A stretch of 64,000 nt of DNA from Geopsychrobacteraceae bacterium (GTDB taxonomy: Bacteria; Desulfobacterota; Desulfuromonadia; Desulfuromonadales; Geopsychrobacteraceae): assembly GCA_963676795.2 (NCBI GenBank), contig CAXXTB010000002.1, forward strand, positions 224,001 through 288,000, given 5' to 3'. A program made the translations under genes and the position numbers. Every line of letters begins with the position of its first letter. Within the stretch, counting starts at the first letter, position 1. Positions 1 through 9,325 of this stretch are shown piece after piece. Under the pieces are notes generated by a model. That model was not told the DNA's origin. It worked only from the letters and a program-made list of their open reading frames with translations, and searched no databases.

Positions 1-2
1 GT

Positions 3-647
3 TTTAATCATCGTCATCATGAGAGTATTCAGCGCATCAAGCATCTGATTGACTCACGTGAATATGGTAATCTGCTGTGGATGCGCGGACGCTATGGTAA
101 AAGTGTCGATGTGTCTTTTTACGACGACTGGAGATCAAAAAAAGCATTTGCTGGGGGAGGGATTCTGCTCGATCAGGGAATTCACATGCTTGATCTTTTC
201 CTCTATCTGGGTGGTCGTTTTGATGATGTTCATGCCTTTGTCTCAAATCTGTATTGGAATATGGATATTGAGGACAACGTCTTCGCCATTCTGCGTAATA
301 ATGAAACGGGTGTAGTTGCCTCTTTGCATTCCACTATGACGCAGTGGAGGCATCTGTTTTCATTGGAAATTTTCCTTGAAAAAGGATACGTCGTTCTGAA
401 CGGTCTGAAGACGTCTTCGGGAACCTATGGAGATGAAATTCTGGCAATTGCCAAAAATAGAAGTACGGCTCCCGCTGCCACATGGGAAGATGAGGAACGG
501 ATTCAGTATCAGACTGATATCTCCTGGTCCTCTGAAATTGAACATTTCTTTTCAGCAATAGAAAAGGACTCTCCTGTCATGATCGGAAATTCAAATGATG
601 CTTTAGCTCTTATGCAGACTATTGACAGCATCTACGCCCAAAAATGA
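3..647 (+). CDS. Gfo/Idh/MocA-family NAD(P)-dependent oxidoreductase (5'-truncated by window)
   Basis: Frame is open from the window start (FNHRHH...); GGGILLDQGIHMLD motif typical of the family. Confidence 0.85.
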   Translation, partial: FNHRHHESIQRIKHLIDSREYGNLLWMRGRYGKSVDVSFYDDWRSKKAFAGGGILLDQGIHMLDLFLYLGGRFDDVHAFVSNLYWNMDIEDNVFAILRNNETGVVASLHSTMTQWRHLFSLEIFLEKGYVVLNGLKTSSGTYGDEILAIAKNRSTAPAATWEDEERIQYQTDISWSSEIEHFFSAIEKDSPVMIGNSNDALALMQTIDSIYAQK

Positions 648-1234
648 GCGATATGGAAGATACGAATTTTTTGGAAAAATACTTTGCAAAGTATCAAAAA
701 GCTGTTTTTGGACAGAATGTTTTTTCTTCAATGCTCGAGTTCAAAAAGCTCATTGAACAGACATCTTCCTCCGGCGGAAGGGTCTTTTTTGCAGGAAATG
801 GAGCTAGCGCTGCAATTGCCAGTCACTGTGCATTGGATTTCACAAAGCAGGGCAAGATTCGATCTCAGTGTTTTAATGAATCAGCACTGCTGACGGCTTT
901 TAGTAACGATTATGGCTATGATCAGTGGGTGGTAAGAGCTTTAGCTGCTTACGCTGAGCCCGAAGATCTCGTCGTTTTGATAAGTTCAAGTGGACGCTCT
1001 CCAAATATAGTCAATGCCGCTGGCTATGCCCGGAATGCTGAGATGAAGATCGTTACTTTTACAGGTTTTGCACCAGATAATCCGCTTAAAACCTTGGGAG
1101 ATGTAAATTTTTGGGTAGATTCTCAATCTTATAATCTTATTGAGTGCACTCACATGTTCTGGCTTATGGCCGTTTGTGATCTTATTATTGGCAAGGCTGA
1201 ATATAAGACGTCCGATCGTGGATTTATAAATTAG
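644..1234 (+). CDS. SIS-domain sugar-phosphate isomerase, GmhA/phosphoheptose isomerase-like
   Basis: AGNGASAAIASH, TAFSNDYGY, LISSSGRSPN, IECTH motifs; ATGA overlap with upstream stop. Confidence 0.85.
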   Translation: MSDMEDTNFLEKYFAKYQKAVFGQNVFSSMLEFKKLIEQTSSSGGRVFFAGNGASAAIASHCALDFTKQGKIRSQCFNESALLTAFSNDYGYDQWVVRALAAYAEPEDLVVLISSSGRSPNIVNAAGYARNAEMKIVTFTGFAPDNPLKTLGDVNFWVDSQSYNLIECTHMFWLMAVCDLIIGKAEYKTSDRGFIN

Positions 1235-1255
1235 TTATTACGCTGGGGGAATTGA

Positions 1256-1975
1256 ATGAGAGATTTGGGCCGGGTTATCGCCCATATACCGGCACGTGGA
1301 GGGAGTCAACGTGTCCCATTGAAAAATCTGCGTTTAATAGCAGGTAAGCCATTGTTGTTCTATACCATTGAGGCAGCAAAGAAGAGCGTTTCTCTTGATG
1401 AACTCTATATAAATACCGACTCAGAGAAAATTGCAGCGTATGCTAAAGAAAATGGAATTTCAGTTTATTTGAGATCTCCTGAGTTGGCATCTAATCTTGC
1501 AACCAGTGATCAGTTCAATATCGATTTTATAAGGGCCAAAAAGCCGGATACCTTGGTCATGATAAATCCTGTCTGTCCACTTATTGAGACTGCAGATATT
1601 GATGCCGCACTGCTTGCCTTTAGAAATTGTGATGCCGATACCTTGATAACGTCGACCTCAACGCAAATGCAGTGTTTCCTGGATGATGAACCCATAAATA
1701 TTCGAGTTGACGAACAGCTGGCTCCCTCGCAAAGCAATAAACCAGTACATGTTTGCAACTGGGCTATAACTGTTTGGGACGCCGTTAAGTTTCAGCAAAG
1801 GTATGAGACTCTGGGGTTTGCGGTATTGGGAGAAACCAGAAAACTGCTGCCCATAGATCCGATAAAAGCGGTAAAAATCAGCACTGAAGAGGATTTCAGG
1901 CTTGCTGAAGCAATCATGCAGGCTCGAAAAACTGTGAGAGATGACGCCCCCGCTAGCTACTGGAATGAAGAGTAA
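1256..1975 (+). CDS. Acylneuraminate (CMP-ulosonate) cytidylyltransferase family protein
   Basis: IPARGGSQRVPLKN N-terminal motif, INTDSEKI, C-terminal ISTEEDF. Confidence 0.85.
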   Translation: MRDLGRVIAHIPARGGSQRVPLKNLRLIAGKPLLFYTIEAAKKSVSLDELYINTDSEKIAAYAKENGISVYLRSPELASNLATSDQFNIDFIRAKKPDTLVMINPVCPLIETADIDAALLAFRNCDADTLITSTSTQMQCFLDDEPINIRVDEQLAPSQSNKPVHVCNWAITVWDAVKFQQRYETLGFAVLGETRKLLPIDPIKAVKISTEEDFRLAEAIMQARKTVRDDAPASYWNEE

Positions 1976-1977
1976 TC

Positions 1978-2724
1978 ATGACGGAGACCAGAGAAAGGCC
2001 AAAAATGACTGATCGGCTTTCTGGAAAATCATGTCTGGTAACCGGGGGAACCCGAGGCATAGGTCTGGCAGTTGCGAAGAACCTCTCTTGCTGCGGGGCG
2101 AGGGTCATTGTTACGGGGACCGGTCCTGCTCCCGCGCTTCCGGAGGCTTTCGGCTATCGGCAGGTTGATTTCTCCGATATGTCGGCATTGTCGGATTTCT
2201 CCAGAGAGGTGTCCTGTCTGGGGGTCGATATCCTGGTCAATAATGCCGGTATCAATAAGATCTCTCCTTTGACAGAAGTTGACATTGAAGATTTTCTGAA
2301 AATTCAGCAAGTCAATGTTGTGGCGCCTTTTATGCTTTGTCAGGCGGTTGTGCCATACATGCAAAAACAACAATGGGGGCGGATCGTCAATATCAGTTCA
2401 ATCTGGGGCAAAATCAGTAAGGCCAAAAGGTCATCATATTCGGCGAGCAAGTTTGCGTTGGATGGGATAACGGCTGCGATAGCTGCAGAGTTGGCGCAAT
2501 ATGGCATTCTTGCAAATTGTGTGGCTCCCGGAGTTATTGATACGAGCTTGACCCAAGAGGTTCTAGGGGCCGATGGTATTCGTGACTTGTCACAACAGAT
2601 ACCCGTAGGAAGGCTGGGGACTCCCGAAGAGATAGCGACGTTTGTTGCATGGTTGGCAGGGCCTGAAAACACTTATATTAGTGGCCAAAATATAGCAATT
2701 GACGGAGGATTCACGCGTGTCTGA
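1978..2724 (+). CDS. SDR-family oxidoreductase (FabG-like)
   Basis: TGGTRGIG, NNAG, YSASK, final IDGG; start may be 2005. Confidence 0.9.
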   Translation: MTETRERPKMTDRLSGKSCLVTGGTRGIGLAVAKNLSCCGARVIVTGTGPAPALPEAFGYRQVDFSDMSALSDFSREVSCLGVDILVNNAGINKISPLTEVDIEDFLKIQQVNVVAPFMLCQAVVPYMQKQQWGRIVNISSIWGKISKAKRSSYSASKFALDGITAAIAAELAQYGILANCVAPGVIDTSLTQEVLGADGIRDLSQQIPVGRLGTPEEIATFVAWLAGPENTYISGQNIAIDGGFTRV

Positions 2725-3790
2725 TCGTTTGGTAATTCAGTCCTTCAAGGGGCCTTATGAAGCTCATTTTGGCGTCGATATCTGGAATCAATTAAACGAT
2801 AGTGTGTCGGAAGAGGTTCATTTTCTCATTGATCAAAAAGTGGCAGAGCTGTATGCGGAACGGCTGCATGGTGTTCTTCGTGCCCCGAGCGTCCTGCGCA
2901 TTGAGGCGCTTGAGTCCAACAAGTCCCTTGAAGCTTTTCCGGCATATGTTGAGTACCTTGTTGCCAATAAGATCCGCCGTCATCACAAGCTTGTTGCCAT
3001 CGGTGGAGGCATTATTCAGGATATAACCTGCTTTTTGTCCGCAACTCTGTTGAGAGGAATCGCTTGGCACTTTTATCCGACGACATTGCTTGCTCAGGCA
3101 GATAGCTGTATCGGGTCGAAGAGTTCTGTCAACTGTGGCGACGCAAAGAATATCCTCGGGACTTTTACTCCACCCGAAAGTGTTTATATCAGCACAGACG
3201 TTCTCGATACGCTTGATGAAAAAGATATGTGTTCTGGTGTGGGTGAGATGTTGAAAGTTCACGCTATAGAGGGACTTTCAGCGTTCGCTAGGATTGCCAA
3301 TGTCTATCCTCAACTGTTTTCGAACAAAGAGCTGTTGTTGAGTTACATCCGTCGTTCCTTGGAGGTCAAGAAAAGCTACATCGAGGAGGACGAGTTTGAC
3401 CGCGGTGTGCGTAATATTTTCAATTACGGTCATAGCTTTGGCCATGCGCTCGAATCGGCGACAGATTTTAGAGTTCCTCATGGTATTGCTGTGAGTATGG
3501 GGATGGATATGGCCAATTATGTCGCTTGGAAACTTGGCATTTCTGGAGAAGAAGTTTTTTGCCAGATGCATCCGGTGTTAGCGGAAAACTATCTTGGATA
3601 CGAAGCTCTTTCCGTTCCGATCAATCGCTTTATCAGTGCGATCGGTAAGGATAAAAAAAATCAGGGAAGGGACAGTGTTTCTTTGATACTTCCGGATACT
3701 GATGGCGTTTTGAAAAAACTGAACTGTCCTAACGACGCTAGATTCCGGGCCGCATGTCAGGAGTATCTGGAACGAGTCAGGTGCTCATGA
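2717..3790 (+). CDS. AroB/3-dehydroquinate synthase-like sugar-phosphate cyclase
   Basis: GGGIIQD, PTTLLAQADSCIGSK, NYGHSFGHALE, PHGIAV, DKK motifs; GGAGG RBS at 2704-2708 before GTG 2717. Confidence 0.85.
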   Translation: MSDRLVIQSFKGPYEAHFGVDIWNQLNDSVSEEVHFLIDQKVAELYAERLHGVLRAPSVLRIEALESNKSLEAFPAYVEYLVANKIRRHHKLVAIGGGIIQDITCFLSATLLRGIAWHFYPTTLLAQADSCIGSKSSVNCGDAKNILGTFTPPESVYISTDVLDTLDEKDMCSGVGEMLKVHAIEGLSAFARIANVYPQLFSNKELLLSYIRRSLEVKKSYIEEDEFDRGVRNIFNYGHSFGHALESATDFRVPHGIAVSMGMDMANYVAWKLGISGEEVFCQMHPVLAENYLGYEALSVPINRFISAIGKDKKNQGRDSVSLILPDTDGVLKKLNCPNDARFRAACQEYLERVRCS

Positions 3791-4719
3791 AGAACGATCT
3801 TCGCGTGGCGGTTACATCCCGTTCCTTTTCCCGTCATCCTGTGTTGCGTCAGGAATTGCTTGAGCGGTTCCCTCGCGCAAGGTTCAATGATGCCGGCACC
3901 AAATTGGCCGGGGCGGAACTTGTTGAATTTTTGCGTGAAAGTGATGCCGCCATAACGGCATTGGAAATCTTGAATGATTCAGCCTTTTCCCAGTTGCCGG
4001 ATTTGAAAGTCGTCAGTAAGTATGGGGTTGGGCTGGACATGCTTGACTTGGAGGCCATGCGTCGACGTGGGATCAAACTAGGTTGGACGCCTGGAGTCAA
4101 TCGGCGCTCTGTGGCTGAACTGGCTATTGCCTTTATGCTCTGTTTGCTACGTCAGGTGCCGATGTCAAATCAAGTTGTGAAATCTGGCGAGTGGCATCAG
4201 CTTCCCGGACGATTGCTGTCAGAACAAACTGTTGGCATTGTCGGTTGCGGACATATCGGCAAGGATGTGGCGGTCCTGCTGAGGGCGTTCGGATGCAAGA
4301 TCTTGGTCCACGATATCGTTGATTACGAGGAGTTTTACAGGCAGCATGAGATCGCCTCAGTAAGTTTGGAGGATTTATTGCTCAAGGCCGATGTTGTGAC
4401 TTTGCATGTACCGTTGGATGGCAGGACTCGTGGGATGCTCGATTCAAATCTTCTGTCATTGATGAAAGAAACCGCTATTCTTGTAAATACGGCGCGGGGC
4501 GGCCTTGTTGATGAGGATTTTTTGAAGGCTATGCTCACAGATGGCCGTTTGTCGGGTGCCGCTTTTGATGTTTTTGTGACAGAGCCCCCCACAGATTTTC
4601 ATCTGCTAAGGTTGCCAAATTTTATTGGGACGCCACATATCGGTGGTAGCAGCGAGGAGGCAATTTTGGCTATGGGTAGAGCCGCCATAAACGGGTTGGA
4701 GAGCGCGTCGTTGCCATGA
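3787..4719 (+). CDS. D-2-hydroxyacid/phosphoglycerate dehydrogenase-like protein (no ACT domain)
   Basis: GCGHIG, NTARG, DVF..EP, TPHIGG; ATGA coupling to upstream gene. Confidence 0.85.
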   Translation: MKNDLRVAVTSRSFSRHPVLRQELLERFPRARFNDAGTKLAGAELVEFLRESDAAITALEILNDSAFSQLPDLKVVSKYGVGLDMLDLEAMRRRGIKLGWTPGVNRRSVAELAIAFMLCLLRQVPMSNQVVKSGEWHQLPGRLLSEQTVGIVGCGHIGKDVAVLLRAFGCKILVHDIVDYEEFYRQHEIASVSLEDLLLKADVVTLHVPLDGRTRGMLDSNLLSLMKETAILVNTARGGLVDEDFLKAMLTDGRLSGAAFDVFVTEPPTDFHLLRLPNFIGTPHIGGSSEEAILAMGRAAINGLESASLP

Positions 4720-4775
4720 GTTAGCTGTCTTTGTTTAAAGAGATTTTTACTTGAAAGGTCAAAGGAGTTTTCGCT

Positions 4776-5462
4776 GTGAGATATTTTTGCCCGGTATGCG
4801 AACAGAGTGTTGATGAATGGAAGCCCTTTACACGAAATGTTGGGGTTAATAAGTGGCTCGAGGAGCCCGGGGGAAGGCTTTGTCCTCACTGTTTTTCATT
4901 TGAAAGAACACGGCATATTGATTTGTATCTGAAACAGTTGGACGTGTTGAAACCGGATATGAAGATGCTTCACTTCGCTCCTGAAAGGGGGCTGGAAAGG
5001 AAGTTCAGAGCTTTTTTGGCGAGCAATTATATAACGACAGACCTTTTCCAGGAAGGGGTTGATGCTCGTGAAGATATTACGGATTTGAGTTTCGAAAGCG
5101 ATCAATTCGATTTTATATATTGTAGCAATGTATTAGAGCATGTGGATAATGACAGAAAGGCTATGTCTGAACTTTTTAGAGTGCTTTCACCTGGGAAAAT
5201 AGCAATTATTCAAGTTCCGATCAAAGGTGAAACTACATACGAGGACCCAACTATTGTAGATCCTGATGAACGTTACAATCACTTTGGGCAGAGCGATCAT
5301 GTACGATACTATGGGGCAGATATAAAAGATCGTTTGGAGAATGCTGGATTTATAGTCGAACCTATTATTATGCCAGATGTACTTTCATTGGAAAGCCATA
5401 AATTATCAAAAATGAATCTGAATAAGCGAGAATTGATACATAAATGTATTAAACCTTTGTAG
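4776..5462 (+). CDS. Class I SAM-dependent methyltransferase with N-terminal Cys pairs
   Basis: CPVC...CPHC, LHFAPE, DFIYCSNVLEHV, RVLSPG. Confidence 0.8.
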   Translation: MRYFCPVCEQSVDEWKPFTRNVGVNKWLEEPGGRLCPHCFSFERTRHIDLYLKQLDVLKPDMKMLHFAPERGLERKFRAFLASNYITTDLFQEGVDAREDITDLSFESDQFDFIYCSNVLEHVDNDRKAMSELFRVLSPGKIAIIQVPIKGETTYEDPTIVDPDERYNHFGQSDHVRYYGADIKDRLENAGFIVEPIIMPDVLSLESHKLSKMNLNKRELIHKCIKPL

Positions 5463-5510
5463 ATTTTTCTAATTATTTTGCAAAAAAAAATAGAAAAGAA
5501 TAAATACAAT

Positions 5511-6785
5511 ATGGCGACACGGTTTTCAGTAATAATGGCCAATTATAATGGCGAGAAATATATTGCTGATGCAATAGAGTCAGTTTTGGCTCAGGAGTAT
5601 GATGATTACGAATTTATTATTGTTGACGATGGTTCAACAGATAATTCCGGCACTATAATTGCCTCCTATCAGCAAAAGTATCCGCACCGCATAACTGTGA
5701 TTTTTCAGGAGAGCAATCAGGGGCAGGGGGCTGCATTTAATGTGGGGATCTCGGCCGCAACAGGAGAACTGATTTCCTTTATTGACAGTGATGATGTTTG
5801 GTTCCCTCAGAAACTGAAAATGGTTGACCGGACCTTTGGGGATCCCAAAAGGGTTGCGGTTCATCAGCACAACCTCTGTATCACTTCTGATGGAAGCGTT
5901 ACAAATGTGCCTTTTCGTGAAGCCGTGATGATCGGTGATTATTTTTCTTTTGTTAAGGGGACTAAAGGAAGCCACGTACCTCAGTTCATTGCGACTACTG
6001 GGCTGACATTCCCTCGGGATATTTTAAAGAAAGTCCTTCCTATTCCGCTTGATTTCAGAACCTGTGCCGATGGTTATCTCACCCGGACCTGTTTTTGTTT
6101 TGGTGAGGTGGTGGCGATCAACGATTTCCTGGGAGGATATCGCGTCCACGGAGAAAATTTGACTTATCAGAACCCCGCTCACGATAACGACCATTATGTT
6201 TCAACTCTGTTATTTCCAGCCTTGAATCGATTTTATGAAAAAAACGATATAAAGCTAAAATTCAATCACAACCTGAATTTATATGAAAGGTCTGTTTTGA
6301 GGCTAGGATTACAGGCGGGGGACCGAGTATTGGTGCTTCGTTGTGCTCGGATTGAAAATGTTGAACGGATCGTTGAGACGCTTCTGAAAATCTATAAAGG
6401 AATCAGTATTGACTTGGCGACGCAAGAATCGTTTCTGGACAGCATCACTCATCAGCAAGTAACCCCCATTATCATTCCAGAGGGGCCGATTACCCACTCG
6501 ACGTTCGGCCCGGGCTTTCAATCACAGGTAGGGACGAAATTATATGATGCCGTCATAATCCCCTATTCCAACTATTTTGGCGAAGATTATGCCAATGTTC
6601 ACAAGGTGCTGGCTCTTCTGCCGCAGAGCCCCATCGTGGTCGGCATCGATCACAGAGGTAAGGGGTACAGGTTTTATCGGCTGGGGCGCCATATTATCAG
6701 GCTTGTCCCTCCGTCTGTGAGCGCTTGGAGCTGGCGATTTCGCAAGGCGATCTCTGGGATTATTTCGCCTTCCTTTCCCCAGTAG
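5511..6785 (+). CDS. Glycosyltransferase family 2 with C-terminal extension
   Basis: SVIMANYN, IVDDGSTD, FIDSDD. Confidence 0.85.
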   Translation: MATRFSVIMANYNGEKYIADAIESVLAQEYDDYEFIIVDDGSTDNSGTIIASYQQKYPHRITVIFQESNQGQGAAFNVGISAATGELISFIDSDDVWFPQKLKMVDRTFGDPKRVAVHQHNLCITSDGSVTNVPFREAVMIGDYFSFVKGTKGSHVPQFIATTGLTFPRDILKKVLPIPLDFRTCADGYLTRTCFCFGEVVAINDFLGGYRVHGENLTYQNPAHDNDHYVSTLLFPALNRFYEKNDIKLKFNHNLNLYERSVLRLGLQAGDRVLVLRCARIENVERIVETLLKIYKGISIDLATQESFLDSITHQQVTPIIIPEGPITHSTFGPGFQSQVGTKLYDAVIIPYSNYFGEDYANVHKVLALLPQSPIVVGIDHRGKGYRFYRLGRHIIRLVPPSVSAWSWRFRKAISGIISPSFPQ

Positions 6786-6796
6786 GAGGGGTGACA

Positions 6797-8509
6797 ATGG
6801 CTGAAAATCAGGGGAAGCTCTCGCCCTCGGCTTTGGTTGACATTGACACAGCAACGTGCACCTTTTTCTTTAAAGATTGCACCGATACCGACAGGCGATT
6901 GTCAAAAGCAATCTGTTTGCAGCTTCATGGGGGGAATGACGGTCTTTCATCGGACTTGCTGAGTTTGGTGCATGAACTCAGGAGCTTCGTTGAGCAGGGG
7001 AAAATTCGAGACGTTCTTGAACGGTTGGCGCATGCTTCCTCTTGTTTGGATGCGGACATTGAAATCGTTGCAGGGCTGACCGTCTGGATTTACATGAGCA
7101 TGGCCAACTGGAGCTGGCTTGCTGAAAATCTGCAGCACATATCAGCTGCAACCCCTGGCCCCGTGTATTTGACAAGGTTGCTGTTTAAGTATCTGGCGGA
7201 CGACCGTCAGAAACTCGGGCATATTCAGAGCAATGGCGCTGGTTGGGGAGTGACCGAGGAACATTTACTGTTTTCCTGCCAAAGAAGACAAATAGATGAT
7301 CACCCGGAAATCTATCTGGAACTCAGCAAGGCCTTCCTGCAGAAAAAAGGCTTTAATGCAAATTATTTCAATACCGACTCATGGGTTCTGGAAACCATCA
7401 ATACGGCAGACATGTGGGATAGGGTCGAGCGAAAAACGGGGGCAGCCCTCTCAGTCAATGCCAAAGATTTCCCCGCCCCTTTGCCCATAGAACAGGCTAT
7501 TTCAGGCATGGCAACCACTTCGATGTGCTCCAGTGAGGCGCCGGGACCCCGTTTGGTCGAGATCGACAATGTCGTCCTGTTTTCCGGCGAATGGCATGTT
7601 CGAGCTCCCGAAGGAGTCTTGATTTCAGATTTGTATGTTGGCACGCCACATCACTCGCTGAGCTCTTACGGCTCATTGTCACAGCAGGGCTTTGATGCAA
7701 TGCTCCTGTATCGAAATAACAGGCCTTCCATAGATTCGGCATTTATTGCCGGTGGCGATGATAATTATTACCACTGGATTCATGACGTCCTCCCTCGTGT
7801 CTGCTGGTACAGCGTTGACGCTGACATCAATGCCCCCTTGCTCACAGGTGTTATTCAAAAGCGTTTTCAAAAAGAAATACTCTCCATTCTGGGGGTGGAG
7901 GATGACAATGTGATCACTATGCCATACCCCGAAGTGGCTAACGTCGCCCGTGCGTTTATCCCGCTTGTCAGCCCTCAAAATCGCGCTTTTCGCCCCAGGT
8001 ATAGCGGCGTCAGGCGGTGGGCACATGACTACTTCGGACGGTTGGCGGTTCCGGACTATGCAACGGCGCCCTGGGCCGAGCATTCTGATGGCCTGCGTCT
8101 CTATGTAAAGCGAGGAGAGGCCCAGCGAAGAAGGCTGATCAATGAAGAAGAAGTCTGCATAAAAATGCATCGCTTGGGATTTCAGATCATTGATCCCGAT
8201 GTGTTGAGTGTGCAGGAACAGGTTCGTCTCTTCAACAAGGCTTCCGTCGTAGTGTCACCGCACGGTGCAGCTTTGGCTAATCTTTGTTTTTGTCGTCCCC
8301 GGACACGCGTTGTCGAATTGGCCTTCCCGACTTGGGCACCATTTTATTTTCGTCAGATAGCACTGGAGCGAGAGCTTGTTTGGGAGTGTTTATATTTACG
8401 TCAAGCTCCTGATCTCTCGACCCAGGAACATTTCTATAATGGGTACCTGCCGCTGGACCTGCTGGGGACTTTGGCTGCAATGACAACAGGCTCAAGGGAG
8501 TCACAATGA
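6797..8509 (+). CDS. Glycosyltransferase family 61 (DUF563)-type protein
   Basis: NYYHWIHDVLPR, LYVKR...RRLINE, EQVRLF, SPHGAALAN; AGGAGG RBS. Confidence 0.8.
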   Translation: MAENQGKLSPSALVDIDTATCTFFFKDCTDTDRRLSKAICLQLHGGNDGLSSDLLSLVHELRSFVEQGKIRDVLERLAHASSCLDADIEIVAGLTVWIYMSMANWSWLAENLQHISAATPGPVYLTRLLFKYLADDRQKLGHIQSNGAGWGVTEEHLLFSCQRRQIDDHPEIYLELSKAFLQKKGFNANYFNTDSWVLETINTADMWDRVERKTGAALSVNAKDFPAPLPIEQAISGMATTSMCSSEAPGPRLVEIDNVVLFSGEWHVRAPEGVLISDLYVGTPHHSLSSYGSLSQQGFDAMLLYRNNRPSIDSAFIAGGDDNYYHWIHDVLPRVCWYSVDADINAPLLTGVIQKRFQKEILSILGVEDDNVITMPYPEVANVARAFIPLVSPQNRAFRPRYSGVRRWAHDYFGRLAVPDYATAPWAEHSDGLRLYVKRGEAQRRRLINEEEVCIKMHRLGFQIIDPDVLSVQEQVRLFNKASVVVSPHGAALANLCFCRPRTRVVELAFPTWAPFYFRQIALERELVWECLYLRQAPDLSTQEHFYNGYLPLDLLGTLAAMTTGSRESQ

Positions 8510-9297
8510 CGCAAAAACTTTCTCATATCTCCACGTTTGAGTGGCAAAGGAGATCTTTTGAGCACAAAGACTCCCATCAGGCCATCGAGTTCAGTCGTAA
8601 CCTGCATTGCGGGAGGCGAGCCTTTATTGTTGCCAATGGCCCGAGCCTGGATATATCCGATTTGGATTTGCTGCAAAATGAAATTACCTTTGCGGCCAAT
8701 AAAATCTATCTGGCGTACGAAAAAACAGAATGGAGACCCACCTACTGGTGTTGCTCGGATGCGTTGGTCGCAGAAAACAATCTACAGGCGATCAGCCAGC
8801 TACAACATATAAAGTTTGGCGCTTTCAGTGTCTCCCAATCGCTGAAAGGGCTAGATTATACCTATATTGTGGATGGCCCCGTTTATCATCCCGACAAAAT
8901 CGTTCGTTACTCGAGCCTCGACCTGCTCAAGGGGATTCATCCCGGGGTGTCGGTTATGATTTTTATGATCAAACTGGCGCTGTGGATGGGGATTGATACC
9001 CTCTATTTGATCGGGCTCGATTTCGATTTCAAGGTGCCCGATGGGAGCCAGACAGAAGAGAAGATTTACGACAATAACGTGATTATATCGCAGGGCGAAG
9101 TGAACCATTTTCATCCAGATTACAGAAAACCCGGAGAAAAGTGGACCTATCCGAAGATGGAAGAGCAAAAAGAAGAATTTACGATGATGAAATGGAAGAC
9201 AGAAAACAGCGGCCGGAAAATTTTCAATGCATCCCGTAAAACAAAGCTATCTGTATTTGACAGAGTACAGTTTGATACTCTCATCCATAAAGCTTAA
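8506..9297 (+). CDS. Maf/DUF115 (MptE-like) glycosyltransferase-fold protein
   Basis: ANGPSL, NKIYL..WRPTY, LIGLDF, NHFHPDY, IFNASR. Confidence 0.8.
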   Translation: MTQKLSHISTFEWQRRSFEHKDSHQAIEFSRNLHCGRRAFIVANGPSLDISDLDLLQNEITFAANKIYLAYEKTEWRPTYWCCSDALVAENNLQAISQLQHIKFGAFSVSQSLKGLDYTYIVDGPVYHPDKIVRYSSLDLLKGIHPGVSVMIFMIKLALWMGIDTLYLIGLDFDFKVPDGSQTEEKIYDNNVIISQGEVNHFHPDYRKPGEKWTYPKMEEQKEEFTMMKWKTENSGRKIFNASRKTKLSVFDRVQFDTLIHKA

Positions 9298-9325
9298 GCT
9301 TGAAAACAGGATTTCCCCACTTGCC

